Source: a virus. From it: a DNA stretch of 64,000 nt. Of the stretch, positions 1-9,252 are shown in pieces. How positions within the stretch are numbered: the first letter of the stretch is position 1; every line of letters begins with the position of its first letter. The position numbers and the translations under genes are program-made. Below the pieces are notes generated by a model that had not been told where the DNA came from, made no database searches, and was given only the letters and a program-made list of their open reading frames with translations. The stretch is from positions 4,494 through 68,493 of the IMG/VR virus record IMGVR_UViG_3300021364_000016. One strand, written 5' to 3'.

Positions 1-1242
1 AACTAAATAATCTCCTGATGCTTTAGTATCTATACCCTTGTTTTCTCTTGATTCAGGAGTTGAAGAAGGAAATTCAATTCGTAAATTATTACCAATTGTA
101 GAATGTTTATCACCGTCGATAAAATCAACTCCTGGTACTACAATAGTTAAAGGTGCCTTTTTCAGTATTCCATCCATTGCTCTACATATAATATTTAGTT
201 TGTAGTCAGAAGTAATATTACTTTCACCAAAACTTAAGATTTCATCTGGTCCTGTGTAAGCACTCGATCCACCAATCTGTGAGATAAGTCGTGATTTATA
301 CTTATTAAAAGAGATTCCATTGTGTTTATAATCTTCTGAAAACATATATTGATTTTGATCTCTTTTTAAAACACCTTTTGTGGAAATTGGTTTTAATAGA
401 TCTCTTACGATATCAAATGAAAATTCGTTCTTTTTATTCTTTGTCGTATCGATATATTGGTATTGAGCTCCAATGAGACCAGCATATATTAGTGTCATTA
501 AATCTTCTGAGTTATGAAACTTATAATTTTTAATTGTTCTTCGTCTGACATCTCGATTCGTTGCTTTTACAACTAAACTCGATCTTTTATATGAAACATC
601 AGGATTGATTACTTCATTTTCAATCATTGTTCCTAAATCAGTAAATTTTAAATTATCTTCTGTTAGAACAGAAAACATATAGAAAGGATATCCTTCCTTT
701 GTTGACGCTCTATTTGATACCCATTGAATCGTTTCTAACGGATCTAAATTTGGAACAATCATTTTGAAAAATTGTTTATCAGTGTTTGATACGTCGACTG
801 TTTTACCTAAAAAGTTTTGTGATACCTTTTTAATAATTTCAGAACATCGACCTTTGTACGATTTATTAATGTTTATCAAACATGCAGTATATCCAATATC
901 TTCTATGATATTAATTACTAATAATTGAGAATTATCGTTAACTCTTTTCTTTGAAATAAGTTTATCAATATAAAATGTTTTTACAATTGTTACTGAACCA
1001 GATCTAGAACTCTTTAATTTTACAGTAATCTTTTCTCCACCTAGGATATCTACTCTTTGCATGATATCAGCGTCATCAAGAATAACGGCAGTTCCGGTAA
1101 GATAAGGTTTTTCAATACTTTCAAAGATTTCTAAATCACTAAGTTGATTCTTTACTTCTAAAGGTTTATTCAACCTATCAGATTCTAAAAGAACCGACTC
1201 AAAAAGATAATCTGATTGTTGTTCTGGTGCGCCTTTTAACAT
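1..1242 (-). CDS. Baseplate hub protein (gp27-like), runs off the left edge of the window
   Basis: Not in the ORF track. ATG at 1242 overlaps the gp53 stop (TAATG); translates MLKGAPEQQSDYLFESVLLESDRLNKPLEVKNQLSDLEIFESIEKPYLTG...ILGGEKI, typical of T4-like hub proteins; follows gp53. Confidence 0.6.
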   Translation of the reverse strand, partial: MLKGAPEQQSDYLFESVLLESDRLNKPLEVKNQLSDLEIFESIEKPYLTGTAVILDDADIMQRVDILGGEKITVKLKSSRSGSVTIVKTFYIDKLISKKRVNDNSQLLVINIIEDIGYTACLININKSYKGRCSEIIKKVSQNFLGKTVDVSNTDKQFFKMIVPNLDPLETIQWVSNRASTKEGYPFYMFSVLTEDNLKFTDLGTMIENEVINPDVSYKRSSLVVKATNRDVRRRTIKNYKFHNSEDLMTLIYAGLIGAQYQYIDTTKNKKNEFSFDIVRDLLKPISTKGVLKRDQNQYMFSEDYKHNGISFNKYKSRLISQIGGSSAYTGPDEILSFGESNITSDYKLNIICRAMDGILKKAPLTIVVPGVDFIDGDKHSTIGNNLRIEFPSSTPESRENKGIDTKASGDYLV

Positions 1243-1988
1243 TATATCTTAATTGCCTGTTTGAATGCGTCTGCTATTTGATCGATATTGCCTGGTCTGA
1301 AAACTCTAATTTGTTTTAGACTATCATTAACTCTTACTAATTCTTCTAAATTTGTGACCGGTATGTCTCCAGTTCCTAAAACAAAATCGCCGTTTGAATC
1401 AATTAGATCTATATGTTCACCTGAAGTATTTTCTATATGGTGTGTAGCATTAATTTGATCGACAATGCTTGATACATCACTAGCAGCAATAGTTGTAGTT
1501 GATCCATCTGCATTTATCGTTTGATATCCTTGTGTTGATGTAATATTACCATTGACATCTGTCAAAACTAATTGTAATAAATCAGTGTCTCTATGAATAA
1601 TTTTTGCGGTTGCTCCGTTATTCACCCCTGTAATTGTTTGTCCTACTTTGAGAATAGTAGAAATATCAATCGACAAATTCATCACTTTAAAAGGATATTT
1701 TCTAAGAGCAAATTCGTATAATTTTTTCTGTGTTAACGGCCAGCCTTTTTCTCTGATTTTATCATTCAACATATAAAAAGTCCAGTGATATTCTGGAGTA
1801 TCGTAAATCTTTTGAGAAACGTTATCTGGTCTCTCACCATCTAAAATATTATAATCTTCGTACATCGTAAGATTATCTTTTACTTGATCAATAACGTCAG
1901 TGTATATTGAGATATTTCTAAATTTATCTTTTTGAGCGTGATCGCCAAACATGTAATCAATTGTAGGAAAATATTTAAAGTAATCCAT
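1242..1988 (-). CDS. gp53: Baseplate wedge subunit gp53
   Basis: N-terminal YFKYFPTIDY, GERPDNVSQKIYD..YHW LysM-like motif, C-terminal VNDSLKQIRVFRP; adjacent to gp48. Confidence 0.85.
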   Translation of the reverse strand: MDYFKYFPTIDYMFGDHAQKDKFRNISIYTDVIDQVKDNLTMYEDYNILDGERPDNVSQKIYDTPEYHWTFYMLNDKIREKGWPLTQKKLYEFALRKYPFKVMNLSIDISTILKVGQTITGVNNGATAKIIHRDTDLLQLVLTDVNGNITSTQGYQTINADGSTTTIAASDVSSIVDQINATHHIENTSGEHIDLIDSNGDFVLGTGDIPVTNLEELVRVNDSLKQIRVFRPGNIDQIADAFKQAIKI

Positions 1989-2992
1989 TAGAAATCTCCT
2001 ACTGCATTTGATGGTCTAGTTTCAGACTTTTGAAATTCGTGTTGATAATAAATATCGTTCTCTTCGTTTCGAATATCAATTTTACTAATAGTTTTATACT
2101 CAACAAAGCTCAGACTTAAATTAATATCAGTTGGAGAACCATCTTCATGTAACGCACCTGATTGATTATTATATGAAGTGCTAACAGATCTTAAATAACT
2201 TAGTTTGATCGGAGTTCCTATATTTTTAAATGGTCCATCAACATTTGAAAGCAATTTAATTCTAAACATATTAGGATATTTAAATCCTAATGGAATATCA
2301 GCAGATCCGAGTTGGCCACTGATTTCTTCTGGATACATATGATACCTAAAATATTTTACGATGTCTTTAACTGCGATCGCTTCTTTTCTTGATTTTGGTT
2401 GAAACTGAAATTGGAATGTAAATTCTCTAATTGCAACTCCATTAAAAAGAGTTCGAACGTTTGGATTTAAAATTACTCTAGCTGAAAGAGTTGTTGCATT
2501 ACTTAATTTATCATTTGGAATAATTTGAGCAATACGAGCTGCACCGAGTCCAGTTACTCCTTCTCCACCAAGTAACTTAAACGCTTCAACAAAAGATTGT
2601 CCAGCTTGCTTGATTCCTTCAAACACAGAATTAGGAATACTTGCGCCGGCGTTCATCGCTGTTGCAGCAGCCATTCCAGTTGCCCCTAAAGATGCATTTC
2701 CATATTCAGCTCTATCATTTACTTGAAATGCAATTGGCAAATAGAGATCTGTCTTTTCTCCAGGTATTGGTTTAACATCAACAGCAGAAAGACTTGCAGA
2801 TTCTTTATTTAATTCAAATCCTCCATCACTTCCACCTTCAACTTTATTTGAACTAAATTGAACATTAAATCTGGGTGGAATCACCTTCATTACTTGAAAA
2901 GTGATTCTGCTTTTGTATTGATCAACTTCATCGATTGGATATCTTCGTTCTACGCCGGCATGAGGGGCGAAATCTTTATAGCTAAATGACAT
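1988..2992 (-). CDS. gp48: Baseplate tail-tube cap gp48
   Basis: LNPNVRTLFNGVAIREFTFQFQFQPKS..EA..V..IVKYFR..MYP, YPNMFRI, LSFVEY motifs. Confidence 0.85.
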   Translation of the reverse strand: MSFSYKDFAPHAGVERRYPIDEVDQYKSRITFQVMKVIPPRFNVQFSSNKVEGGSDGGFELNKESASLSAVDVKPIPGEKTDLYLPIAFQVNDRAEYGNASLGATGMAAATAMNAGASIPNSVFEGIKQAGQSFVEAFKLLGGEGVTGLGAARIAQIIPNDKLSNATTLSARVILNPNVRTLFNGVAIREFTFQFQFQPKSRKEAIAVKDIVKYFRYHMYPEEISGQLGSADIPLGFKYPNMFRIKLLSNVDGPFKNIGTPIKLSYLRSVSTSYNNQSGALHEDGSPTDINLSLSFVEYKTISKIDIRNEENDIYYQHEFQKSETRPSNAVGDF

Positions 2993-3002
2993 CTATTTTT
3001 CC

Positions 3003-3035
3003 TATAAATATAAAAGTAATTTTATCTTATTTATA
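3003..3035. promoter_or_regulatory. Divergent pair of T4 late promoters (TATAAATA + at 3003-3010; - at 3028-3035)
   Basis: Exact T4 gp55 late consensus on both strands between divergent gp48 and gp4. Confidence 0.8.
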
Positions 3036-3042
3036 TAGAAAA

Positions 3043-3546
3043 ATGGCGTATTCTGGTTACTATAAAGTGAAGAACATAAAGAAGTATAAAGGTGACTATA
3101 CAAAAGTCGTCTACCGATCGTTATGGGAAAAATCAGTTTTTTCTTGGTGTGATTCAAATCCAAATGTAAAAAATTGGTCTTCAGAAGAAGTTGTGATACC
3201 TTATTATTATGAAGCAGATAAGAGATATCATAGGTATTTTCCAGATCTTAAAATTGTTTTTGAAGATAGAACACTTTTAGTTGAAATCAAACCTGAAAAA
3301 GAAACTGTACCACCAACCGGTCCTAAAAGAACTCGAAAATATATTAATGAAGGTTTTACTTACATTAAAAATATGAATAAATGGAAAGCTGCAAATGAAT
3401 ATTGTAAAGATCGTGGTTGGGAATTCCAAATATGGACTGAAAAGACTTTACAAGAAATGAAATTACTTACGAAACCTGTACCAGGTAAATTGAAGAAACT
3501 AAAACCTCTACAGCCATTTCGTAGAAAACGCAGAAAAAAGATATAA
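3043..3546 (+). CDS. gp4: Head completion nuclease gp4 (TnsA-like)
   Basis: MAYSGYYK..N..KYKGD..VVYRSLWE, WSSEE, HRYFPD, EIKP, NMNKWKAA; start moved to ATG 3043. Confidence 0.9.
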   Translation: MAYSGYYKVKNIKKYKGDYTKVVYRSLWEKSVFSWCDSNPNVKNWSSEEVVIPYYYEADKRYHRYFPDLKIVFEDRTLLVEIKPEKETVPPTGPKRTRKYINEGFTYIKNMNKWKAANEYCKDRGWEFQIWTEKTLQEMKLLTKPVPGKLKKLKPLQPFRRKRRKKI

Positions 3547-3549
3547 ATA
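3542..3549 (+). promoter_or_regulatory. T4 late promoter
   Basis: TATAAATA 5 nt upstream of the gp2 ATG. Confidence 0.7.
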
Positions 3550-3554
3550 CTGAT

Positions 3555-4115
3555 ATGGCAGGTGAAAGTTTATTTCAACAATTAGAATTCGAAGCATTTC
3601 GTGCAGGGATTACTCCACGAACGAAACAGTCTATTGAGTGGTTTCGTAATAAAGCAAGGCAAATGTTTCGAGGTAGAGTAATTAATCGTAAAAAAATATT
3701 AGATGATGATCTAATTGATTTAAGAAATCGACCCGTGACACGCACAAGAGGGCCAGTAGGAAACATGTATATGTTTTTTTACGATCCTAAGTATAAAGAA
3801 ACTTTACCTTATTACGATGGATTTCCTTTAATTCTCATGATGGGTCCGGCAAAAGATGGATTTTATGGATTGAATTTACATTATCTTCCACCTGTTTTAA
3901 GAGCAAGAGTTTTAGATAGAGTACTAGCAGAAAAAGGCGGTGTGCCGAAAAGATTTATCGCTCCAGCTATGAAACACTATTTGTTTAAACATGTAAGAAG
4001 TAGATTTGCTTTGGTTGATAAACCAGAATGGGAGATTGCTACATTTCTTCCAGCTGCAGATTGGAATAAGGCTTCAGCAAATAAAGTATATAGAGATACA
4101 AGGAGATCATTGTGA
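3555..4115 (+). CDS. gp2: DNA end protector protein gp2
   Basis: GNMYMFFYDPKYKETLPYYDGFPL, GLNLHYLPP, EWEIATFLP motifs. Confidence 0.9.
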   Translation: MAGESLFQQLEFEAFRAGITPRTKQSIEWFRNKARQMFRGRVINRKKILDDDLIDLRNRPVTRTRGPVGNMYMFFYDPKYKETLPYYDGFPLILMMGPAKDGFYGLNLHYLPPVLRARVLDRVLAEKGGVPKRFIAPAMKHYLFKHVRSRFALVDKPEWEIATFLPAADWNKASANKVYRDTRRSL

Positions 4116-4774
4116 GAGTTGATAAATTAAAAAGTGTTATATCTCAAAAACAAGGTATCGCTCATCAAAATAAATTTTTTGTTGAATTGCCACAAATCGG
4201 AGGAATCAGTTTAGAAGATTTAAATCTACTATGCAGAAGTACGTCTCTACCTGGAAAACAGATTCTAACTCATGAAAGAAGAATTGGAATGAAGTTTGAA
4301 AAGGTTGCATATGGATATGCTGTTGATGATGTTACTCTTTCATTTCTTATTTTAAATGATTACGGTGTCAAAGAATATTTTGATAATTGGAGAGCAACTA
4401 TATTAGATGAAGAAGGAGGTACTGTAAGATATAAATCAGATTACCAACATCCTGTTAAAATTCACCAATTAAAAGTGGTACAGGATGATCCAAATAAAAT
4501 GGATCCTAGAATTATGAATCTATTACCTACCGTCGCGGGTTTAGTCGGCGGAACAAAACTAAGCGGAATCACAAGTAAGATTATAAGTTTTATACCAGAT
4601 CCTGAAACTTTCTATGAATCTGCCTACTGCGTAGAATTGATCGATGCATTTCCTACGACAATATCAGCAGTAGAATTTAATAATGAGGAAACTCAAATGA
4701 TGGAATTGAGCGTACAATTATCCTATACAAATTGGAGAAAGGTACAATCCTCGCAACAACTTTACAGAGGTTAA
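4112..4774 (+). CDS. Baseplate tail-tube initiator (gp54/gp19-like fold)
   Basis: NKFFVELP, LLCRSTSLPG, FDNW, LIDAFPTTIS, LSVQLSYTNW; located between gp2 and gp26. Confidence 0.7.
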   Translation: MRVDKLKSVISQKQGIAHQNKFFVELPQIGGISLEDLNLLCRSTSLPGKQILTHERRIGMKFEKVAYGYAVDDVTLSFLILNDYGVKEYFDNWRATILDEEGGTVRYKSDYQHPVKIHQLKVVQDDPNKMDPRIMNLLPTVAGLVGGTKLSGITSKIISFIPDPETFYESAYCVELIDAFPTTISAVEFNNEETQMMELSVQLSYTNWRKVQSSQQLYRG

Positions 4775-4780
4775 ATTATT

Positions 4781-5485
4781 ATGGCGTTACCCAAACTTAA
4801 TACACTACCGTCTTATGAGATGACAATCCCGTCATCTGGTAAAAAGGTACACTACAGACCTTTTCTTGTCAAAGAAGAAAAGGCAATTATGATCGCATCT
4901 GAAAGTGGTAATAATTCAGATGTTTTTAGAGCATTAGTTCGAACAATTGCAGATTGTATTGAAGAACCAATTGTAGAACAAGCATTAACTTCTTTTGATA
5001 TTGAATATGCGTTTTTACAAATGAGAGCAAGAAGTGTTGGTGAGACCGCTAACATTGCTTTTAAATGCGAAAAGTGTGAAGCTTCAAATCCAGTTGAAAT
5101 TAAACTTGATGAAGTTAAAATCGCAATTCCTGATATCGAAAAAACTATTAAACTGACTGATGAAATTTCTGTCGAAGTCGACTGGCCTAGTTTCGAAGAT
5201 GTAGTTCGTGTAGGAGTTGATAAAGCTGCAGACGCTGAAAGTGCTTTTAAATTAATTGCAAGTTGTTTAAGAGCTGTAATTACAGAAGAAGAAAGAATTA
5301 ATTTAAGAGACTCAACAGATGAAGAATTAAAAGACTTTATTGAATCGATGAATAGTAATCAGTTCGCTGCGATTAGAGATTTTATTGATCAAATTCCAGC
5401 GTTAAATCATGATATAGACTTTACATGTAAGTCATGTAGTCATGAAAACAAATTAAAAATTGAAGGGTTGCAAAATTTTTTATAA
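4781..5485 (+). CDS. gp26: Baseplate hub/tail assembly protein gp26
   Basis: MALPKL..P.Y...IPSSGK...YRPFLVKEEK, FDIEY.FL..RARSVGE, two CxxC, terminal GLQNFL. Confidence 0.9.
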   Translation: MALPKLNTLPSYEMTIPSSGKKVHYRPFLVKEEKAIMIASESGNNSDVFRALVRTIADCIEEPIVEQALTSFDIEYAFLQMRARSVGETANIAFKCEKCEASNPVEIKLDEVKIAIPDIEKTIKLTDEISVEVDWPSFEDVVRVGVDKAADAESAFKLIASCLRAVITEEERINLRDSTDEELKDFIESMNSNQFAAIRDFIDQIPALNHDIDFTCKSCSHENKLKIEGLQNFL

Positions 5486-5661
5486 TAGCTCTATCTCATG
5501 AAAATTTAGAGAATTTTTACCATATGAACTTTAATTTAATGACCCATTGGAATTGGAGTTTAACTGAGATAGAGAATATGTTACCATGGGAAAGAGAAAT
5601 TTATATTAATCTTTTGATTAATCATTTAGAAGACGAAAAACAAAGGCAAAAAAATGGCTAA
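5476..5661 (+). CDS. gp51: gp51-like segment in the -1 frame of gp26; probably a frameshift extension (alternative ATG at 5524)
   Basis: Not in the ORF track. Reads IIALSHENLENFYHMNFNLMTHWNWSLTEIENMLPWEREIYINLL, a typical gp51 motif; open from the T_TTT_TTA heptamer at 5476-5482. Confidence 0.8.
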   Translation, partial: FFIIALSHENLENFYHMNFNLMTHWNWSLTEIENMLPWEREIYINLLINHLEDEKQRQKNG

Positions 5662-7414
5662 TTTAGAAATTGTTGCTCAACAGCTGAAAGTTAATAACGA
5701 ACAAAACATGGCAGGACATGAACTTGTCGCTGAAAGTGTTGAACGTTTAACAAGAAGAGTTGATAAGTTTTTAAAGGCAGTTCAATTAGGTCAATTAGAT
5801 CTACTTGAAATGTTAAGAGAGCGCAAGAGTCAAACTCAAGGTACTCAGCCAGGAAGTGACAAAGATCCGAAACAAGATCGATCTAAATTAGCAGCTATTC
5901 TTGCAGGAATTATCGCCGCAACCGCAGGATTTTTGACAGGAATATTAGATAGTATTAAAAGATTATCACAGTTAACGGGTCTCACTAAAAGATTAGAAGC
6001 AATTAGAGATGGCATGAGATTATTTGGTAGTGAATTAGTTAAAACAATTAAGATGACTTTTACCGGAGCTCTTAAAATACTTGATGATTTGCTACAACCA
6101 TTCAAAGCTTTCTTTGGTCCAGAAGGTGGATTCATGAGATTTATTAAAGGTATAACAGGTGCCTTTAGATTAGCTTTTACTCAGGCTCTTGCAATTATAG
6201 ATGATTTATTACAACCGTTTAAAAATTTATTTGCTGGAGAAGGCTTTATTGGAAAGAAGATGAAATCATTCTTTAATACTCTTAAAAATATTTTTATGTT
6301 TCCTTTTGAGGATTTTGTCGATGATGTTGCAAAACCATTTAAACAAGTATTTCAGGCTGGTGAAGGACCAAGTTTATTAAGTAGAATTTTTAGCACAATT
6401 ATGCGTCCGTTCAACGCAGCATTAACTTTTGTGTCAGATTTAGTAAAACCCATCAGAACATTTTTCTCAGCTGAAGGGCCAATTGCAAAGGCATTTTCAG
6501 TTATTACAGACGCATTTAAAATATTTGCAGAAAATTCTAAATTTATGCAAATATTAGGTGGAATTGGTAAAACAATTGGTCGACTCTTCGCACCTCTCTT
6601 TGTAATCATGACCGCTTATGACACTGTAAAAGGAGTTATTGAGGGATTTGTTGATGACGAAGGAAATATAGGATCTAAAGTAGTATCAGCAATTGCTGGA
6701 GGAATTAAAGGTCTAGTCAACTCGATAGTTGGTATGCCATTAGATCTATTAAAAAGCGTAGTCGCTTGGGTACTTGGCAAATTCGGATTCAATGAATCGG
6801 CCGATGCGTTAAAAAGTTTTAGTTTCGTAGATATTATTAACAAAGCTGTTGATACAATTTTTGATTTATTTAAGATGGTTCTTAACGGAGTTATTGAATT
6901 AGCTGCTAGTGCAATTGAAAAAATTCCATTTATTGGCGATGACGTAGGTGATATGATTCGAGGTGGAAAAATGAATTTGAGTACTGATGTTACTCAGAAA
7001 GATATTGATGCTGCAAAAGCTGATGAAAGAAAAGCTGCAATAAGAGCTGACAGAGCTGATGAACAATTGCGTAAATCCAGAAGAGCTTTTGAACAAGGCA
7101 ATATGTTTATTCAGGATGCAGATGGTAATAGAAGAAAAGCCACACCTGAAGAAGCTCGAGCTATGATGGACAGGCGTGAAAGAAGAGCTATGCTCGCAGA
7201 CAAGCAGTTTATGGAAGCAGAAGCGAAAAGATTAGATTTAGAACAAGCTAGACGTGAACAACAAGAAGCTAAAGGTGTTAATGTTGTTGACTCAAGTACT
7301 ACTCAAAATGTAGATAATAGTAGTTCAAGTAGCTCAGCACTTGTCATGGGAGATCCACCAAGTGCTAAAAGTGATAATGCATCTATAAGAGATATGGCAG
7401 CTGCCACTGGTTAA
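5654..7414 (+). CDS. Probable tape measure protein (gp29 position)
   Basis: 586 aa helical protein with repeated DDLLQPFK.FF/P..F..EG units; directly after gp26/gp51. Confidence 0.6.
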   Translation: MANLEIVAQQLKVNNEQNMAGHELVAESVERLTRRVDKFLKAVQLGQLDLLEMLRERKSQTQGTQPGSDKDPKQDRSKLAAILAGIIAATAGFLTGILDSIKRLSQLTGLTKRLEAIRDGMRLFGSELVKTIKMTFTGALKILDDLLQPFKAFFGPEGGFMRFIKGITGAFRLAFTQALAIIDDLLQPFKNLFAGEGFIGKKMKSFFNTLKNIFMFPFEDFVDDVAKPFKQVFQAGEGPSLLSRIFSTIMRPFNAALTFVSDLVKPIRTFFSAEGPIAKAFSVITDAFKIFAENSKFMQILGGIGKTIGRLFAPLFVIMTAYDTVKGVIEGFVDDEGNIGSKVVSAIAGGIKGLVNSIVGMPLDLLKSVVAWVLGKFGFNESADALKSFSFVDIINKAVDTIFDLFKMVLNGVIELAASAIEKIPFIGDDVGDMIRGGKMNLSTDVTQKDIDAAKADERKAAIRADRADEQLRKSRRAFEQGNMFIQDADGNRRKATPEEARAMMDRRERRAMLADKQFMEAEAKRLDLEQARREQQEAKGVNVVDSSTTQNVDNSSSSSSALVMGDPPSAKSDNASIRDMAAATG

Positions 7415-7415
7415 T

Positions 7416-7490
7416 TGGAGCGGGTACGGGGAGTCGAACCCCGATCCTCAGCTTGGAAGGCTGCAGTAATGGCCATTATACTATACCCGC
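7416..7490 (-). tRNA. tRNA-Gly (TCC)
   Basis: GCGGGTA...CAGC-CT-TCC-AA-GCTG...GGTTCGACTCC...TACCCGC-T-CCA cloverleaf. Confidence 0.95.
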
Positions 7491-7663
7491 AAGGTGGTAG
7501 TCTTTCTAATGAGGGCGCTACCATTCCCACCTGCGTCTTAAATTTTACTCCGTTACAGGCTTAACCGCGTTAACTTACCGCTCGGAATCTCCTTTCATTG
7601 TTGCACCAACTTTTGTCCGAATCTAATTCTGCGACTAGGCCGTATGGGTTGGCTGACCTATCT
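7491..7663 (-). ncRNA. Unidentified structured RNA between tRNA-Leu and tRNA-Gly
   Basis: GC-richer than flanks, no credible ORF, several stems (TAGGTC/GGCCTA, TCGGA/TCCGA, GTTG/CAAC, TTAAC/GTTAA, TGGTAG/CTACCA). Confidence 0.5.
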
Positions 7664-7751
7664 TGGTACTCGCGGCCGGACTCGAACCGGCACGGCTATT
7701 ACAGCCTACGGATTTTAAGTCCGTTATGTCTACCAATTCCATCACGCGAGC
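7664..7751 (-). tRNA. tRNA-Leu (TAA)
   Basis: GCTCGCG...ACGGA-CT-TAA-AA-TCCGT, long variable arm, GGTTCGAGTCC, A73-CCA. Confidence 0.95.
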
Positions 7752-7756
7752 GATGT

Positions 7757-7832
<76 letters not shown>

Positions 7833-7833
7833 A

Positions 7834-8295
7834 TTAGTTTTTCCTTTCGTAGAAGATGTGATTACCAATTTGAGCAACTTCTCTTTTACTTTCTGCCCAT
7901 TCTGGTTTTACATAATCTGCATGATACCATAAAGCATCTCCTACCATAGGATGTAATCTTCCATAATATACTCCACCAGCAATTAGCTGAGCTTCTGACC
8001 AAGCTTTTTCCTCGTATGGAGTATCATCTTTTCCATCACAATACCAACTAAATTGACACCGGTGACGAATCGGATAATAAACTCGATCTTCTTCATCGAT
8101 ATCTATATATTGACGAGTTTTCCAGCTCTCTCGCGTTGGACCTTGCTCAACAACATCACAAACATTATCTGGATATAGATCTGATTCCACTCTATTCATT
8201 ACAACTTGTGATACCGCTATCATACCGCGAATGTCTTGGTTCCTCGCTTCGTGATAGGCATTAAGTGCTAAACAAAATAAAGCTTCTGCGATCAT
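7834..8295 (-). CDS. Cell-wall hydrolase (SleB/CwlJ, Hydrolase_2)
   Basis: CLALNAYHEARNQ, AVSQVVMNRV, CQFSWYCDG, YHADYVKPEW, IGNHIFY. Confidence 0.9.
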   Translation of the reverse strand: MIAEALFCLALNAYHEARNQDIRGMIAVSQVVMNRVESDLYPDNVCDVVEQGPTRESWKTRQYIDIDEEDRVYYPIRHRCQFSWYCDGKDDTPYEEKAWSEAQLIAGGVYYGRLHPMVGDALWYHADYVKPEWAESKREVAQIGNHIFYERKN

Positions 8296-8669
8296 TAATT
8301 TCTCCTCATTTTTGCGTATTCTTTTGGGTCTTGTCCTTTTCCGACTGGAACCATGTTTGATTTGTGCATTGTTGCGATACCGACGATGTAGTCTCCACTG
8401 TAGACTTGTGGCTTTCTTGTTGGTGCGATGTTGCAGATTGTGTCCGACGTCTTGACGCTTGGATAGTTCGCTGTTGGCCGGCGATAGACATTCTGTGGCG
8501 CATATTCCTTAAACTCCTTTTTCTTTTCTTTAATTTGAGTTGGATGAGCACCCATCTTTTTCAACCACTTTTCATGTTCAGCTTGAGCTGCTTCCCAACC
8601 GGGACTGCGTTTCACTTTACGCTTCTTTGTATTTAAAGAGGACATTCCTCTTACTAGATGCATTGTCAT
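8295..8669 (-). CDS. Hypothetical phage protein
   Basis: Basic ORF ending GIATMHKSNMVPV...AKMRR; start trimmed to 8669 (overlaps upstream stop). Confidence 0.6.
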   Translation of the reverse strand: MTMHLVRGMSSLNTKKRKVKRSPGWEAAQAEHEKWLKKMGAHPTQIKEKKKEFKEYAPQNVYRRPTANYPSVKTSDTICNIAPTRKPQVYSGDYIVGIATMHKSNMVPVGKGQDPKEYAKMRRN

Positions 8670-8926
8670 GATAAAATAAACCTCATTGTTGATACAGCAA
8701 GAATAAAACAAAGTACAGAATTCAGTACAATCAATGCTCTATCCTTCCATAAAATTCCTACCCACCACCATAAACATGTACCAATAAGAGATAGAACTAC
8801 ATCATATATCTTTGGTACTTCTTCAACTGATCGACAAAGGACAGCAATGATAATAATTCCTGTTGCTATCCATTTGATCCACCAATCAAGACCTTTATCG
8901 CGATTCCAATGTGGCATTAGTTCCAA
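8666..8926 (-). CDS. Small membrane protein (3 TM)
   Basis: Hydrophobic segments, WIKWIAT and WKDRALIVLN; translational coupling. Confidence 0.6.
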   Translation of the reverse strand: MELMPHWNRDKGLDWWIKWIATGIIIIAVLCRSVEEVPKIYDVVLSLIGTCLWWWVGILWKDRALIVLNSVLCFILAVSTMRFILS

Positions 8927-9162
8927 TCAGCGTCAAAAGATTTTTGATCGGCAAGACGATCGCCATAATGTTCTTGAAGGTATTTAGAACCATCTGTCCA
9001 AGCATTAATGTTGTGACTATCATACTTATCCATAAAGGATGTTTCAGTACGACGTACACGATTATTGCGTTGAATTTTTTTATTGAATTTTTTGGCATGA
9101 CGCTTGAGTACTGCGATACGCTCTTCAGTAGTCATGTCTTTTGTGATTGCCATTTTAGCCAT
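8917..9162 (-). CDS. Early hypothetical protein
   Basis: First gene after the promoter cassette; GAGGAG SD. Confidence 0.7.
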   Translation of the reverse strand: MAKMAITKDMTTEERIAVLKRHAKKFNKKIQRNNRVRRTETSFMDKYDSHNINAWTDGSKYLQEHYGDRLADQKSFDADWN

Positions 9163-9250
9163 AATTATCTCCTCGTTTCATTTTATAGGTCTATTATACA
9201 ACAGTTTCTAGGGTTTGTAAACAAAAAAATGCATTTAATTTAAAAAAAAT
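9163..9250 (-). promoter_or_regulatory. Early promoter cassette copy 1
   Basis: TGCATTTTTTTG-TTTACA(9216-9221)-17 nt-TATAAT(9193-9198)-...TATAAAATGAAAC-GAGGAG. Confidence 0.85.
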
Positions 9251-9252
9251 GT

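Noticed and set aside
6040-6500. Repeated DDLLQPFK-type units as a diversity-generating or tandem DNA repeat
   Set aside because: Degenerate amphipathic protein repeats expected in a tape measure protein; no reverse transcriptase in the window
5845-7096. Several antisense ORFs within the tape measure gene (and similar ones in RNR, DUF6267-like, pstS, uvsX, gp41)
   Set aside because: Antisense shadows of long genes with no SD or recognisable motifs
7491-7663. RNase P RNA, 6S RNA or manA motif
   Set aside because: No GAGGAAAGUCC/P4 motif, no long 5'-3' rod and no manA core that I can recognise; left as unidentified
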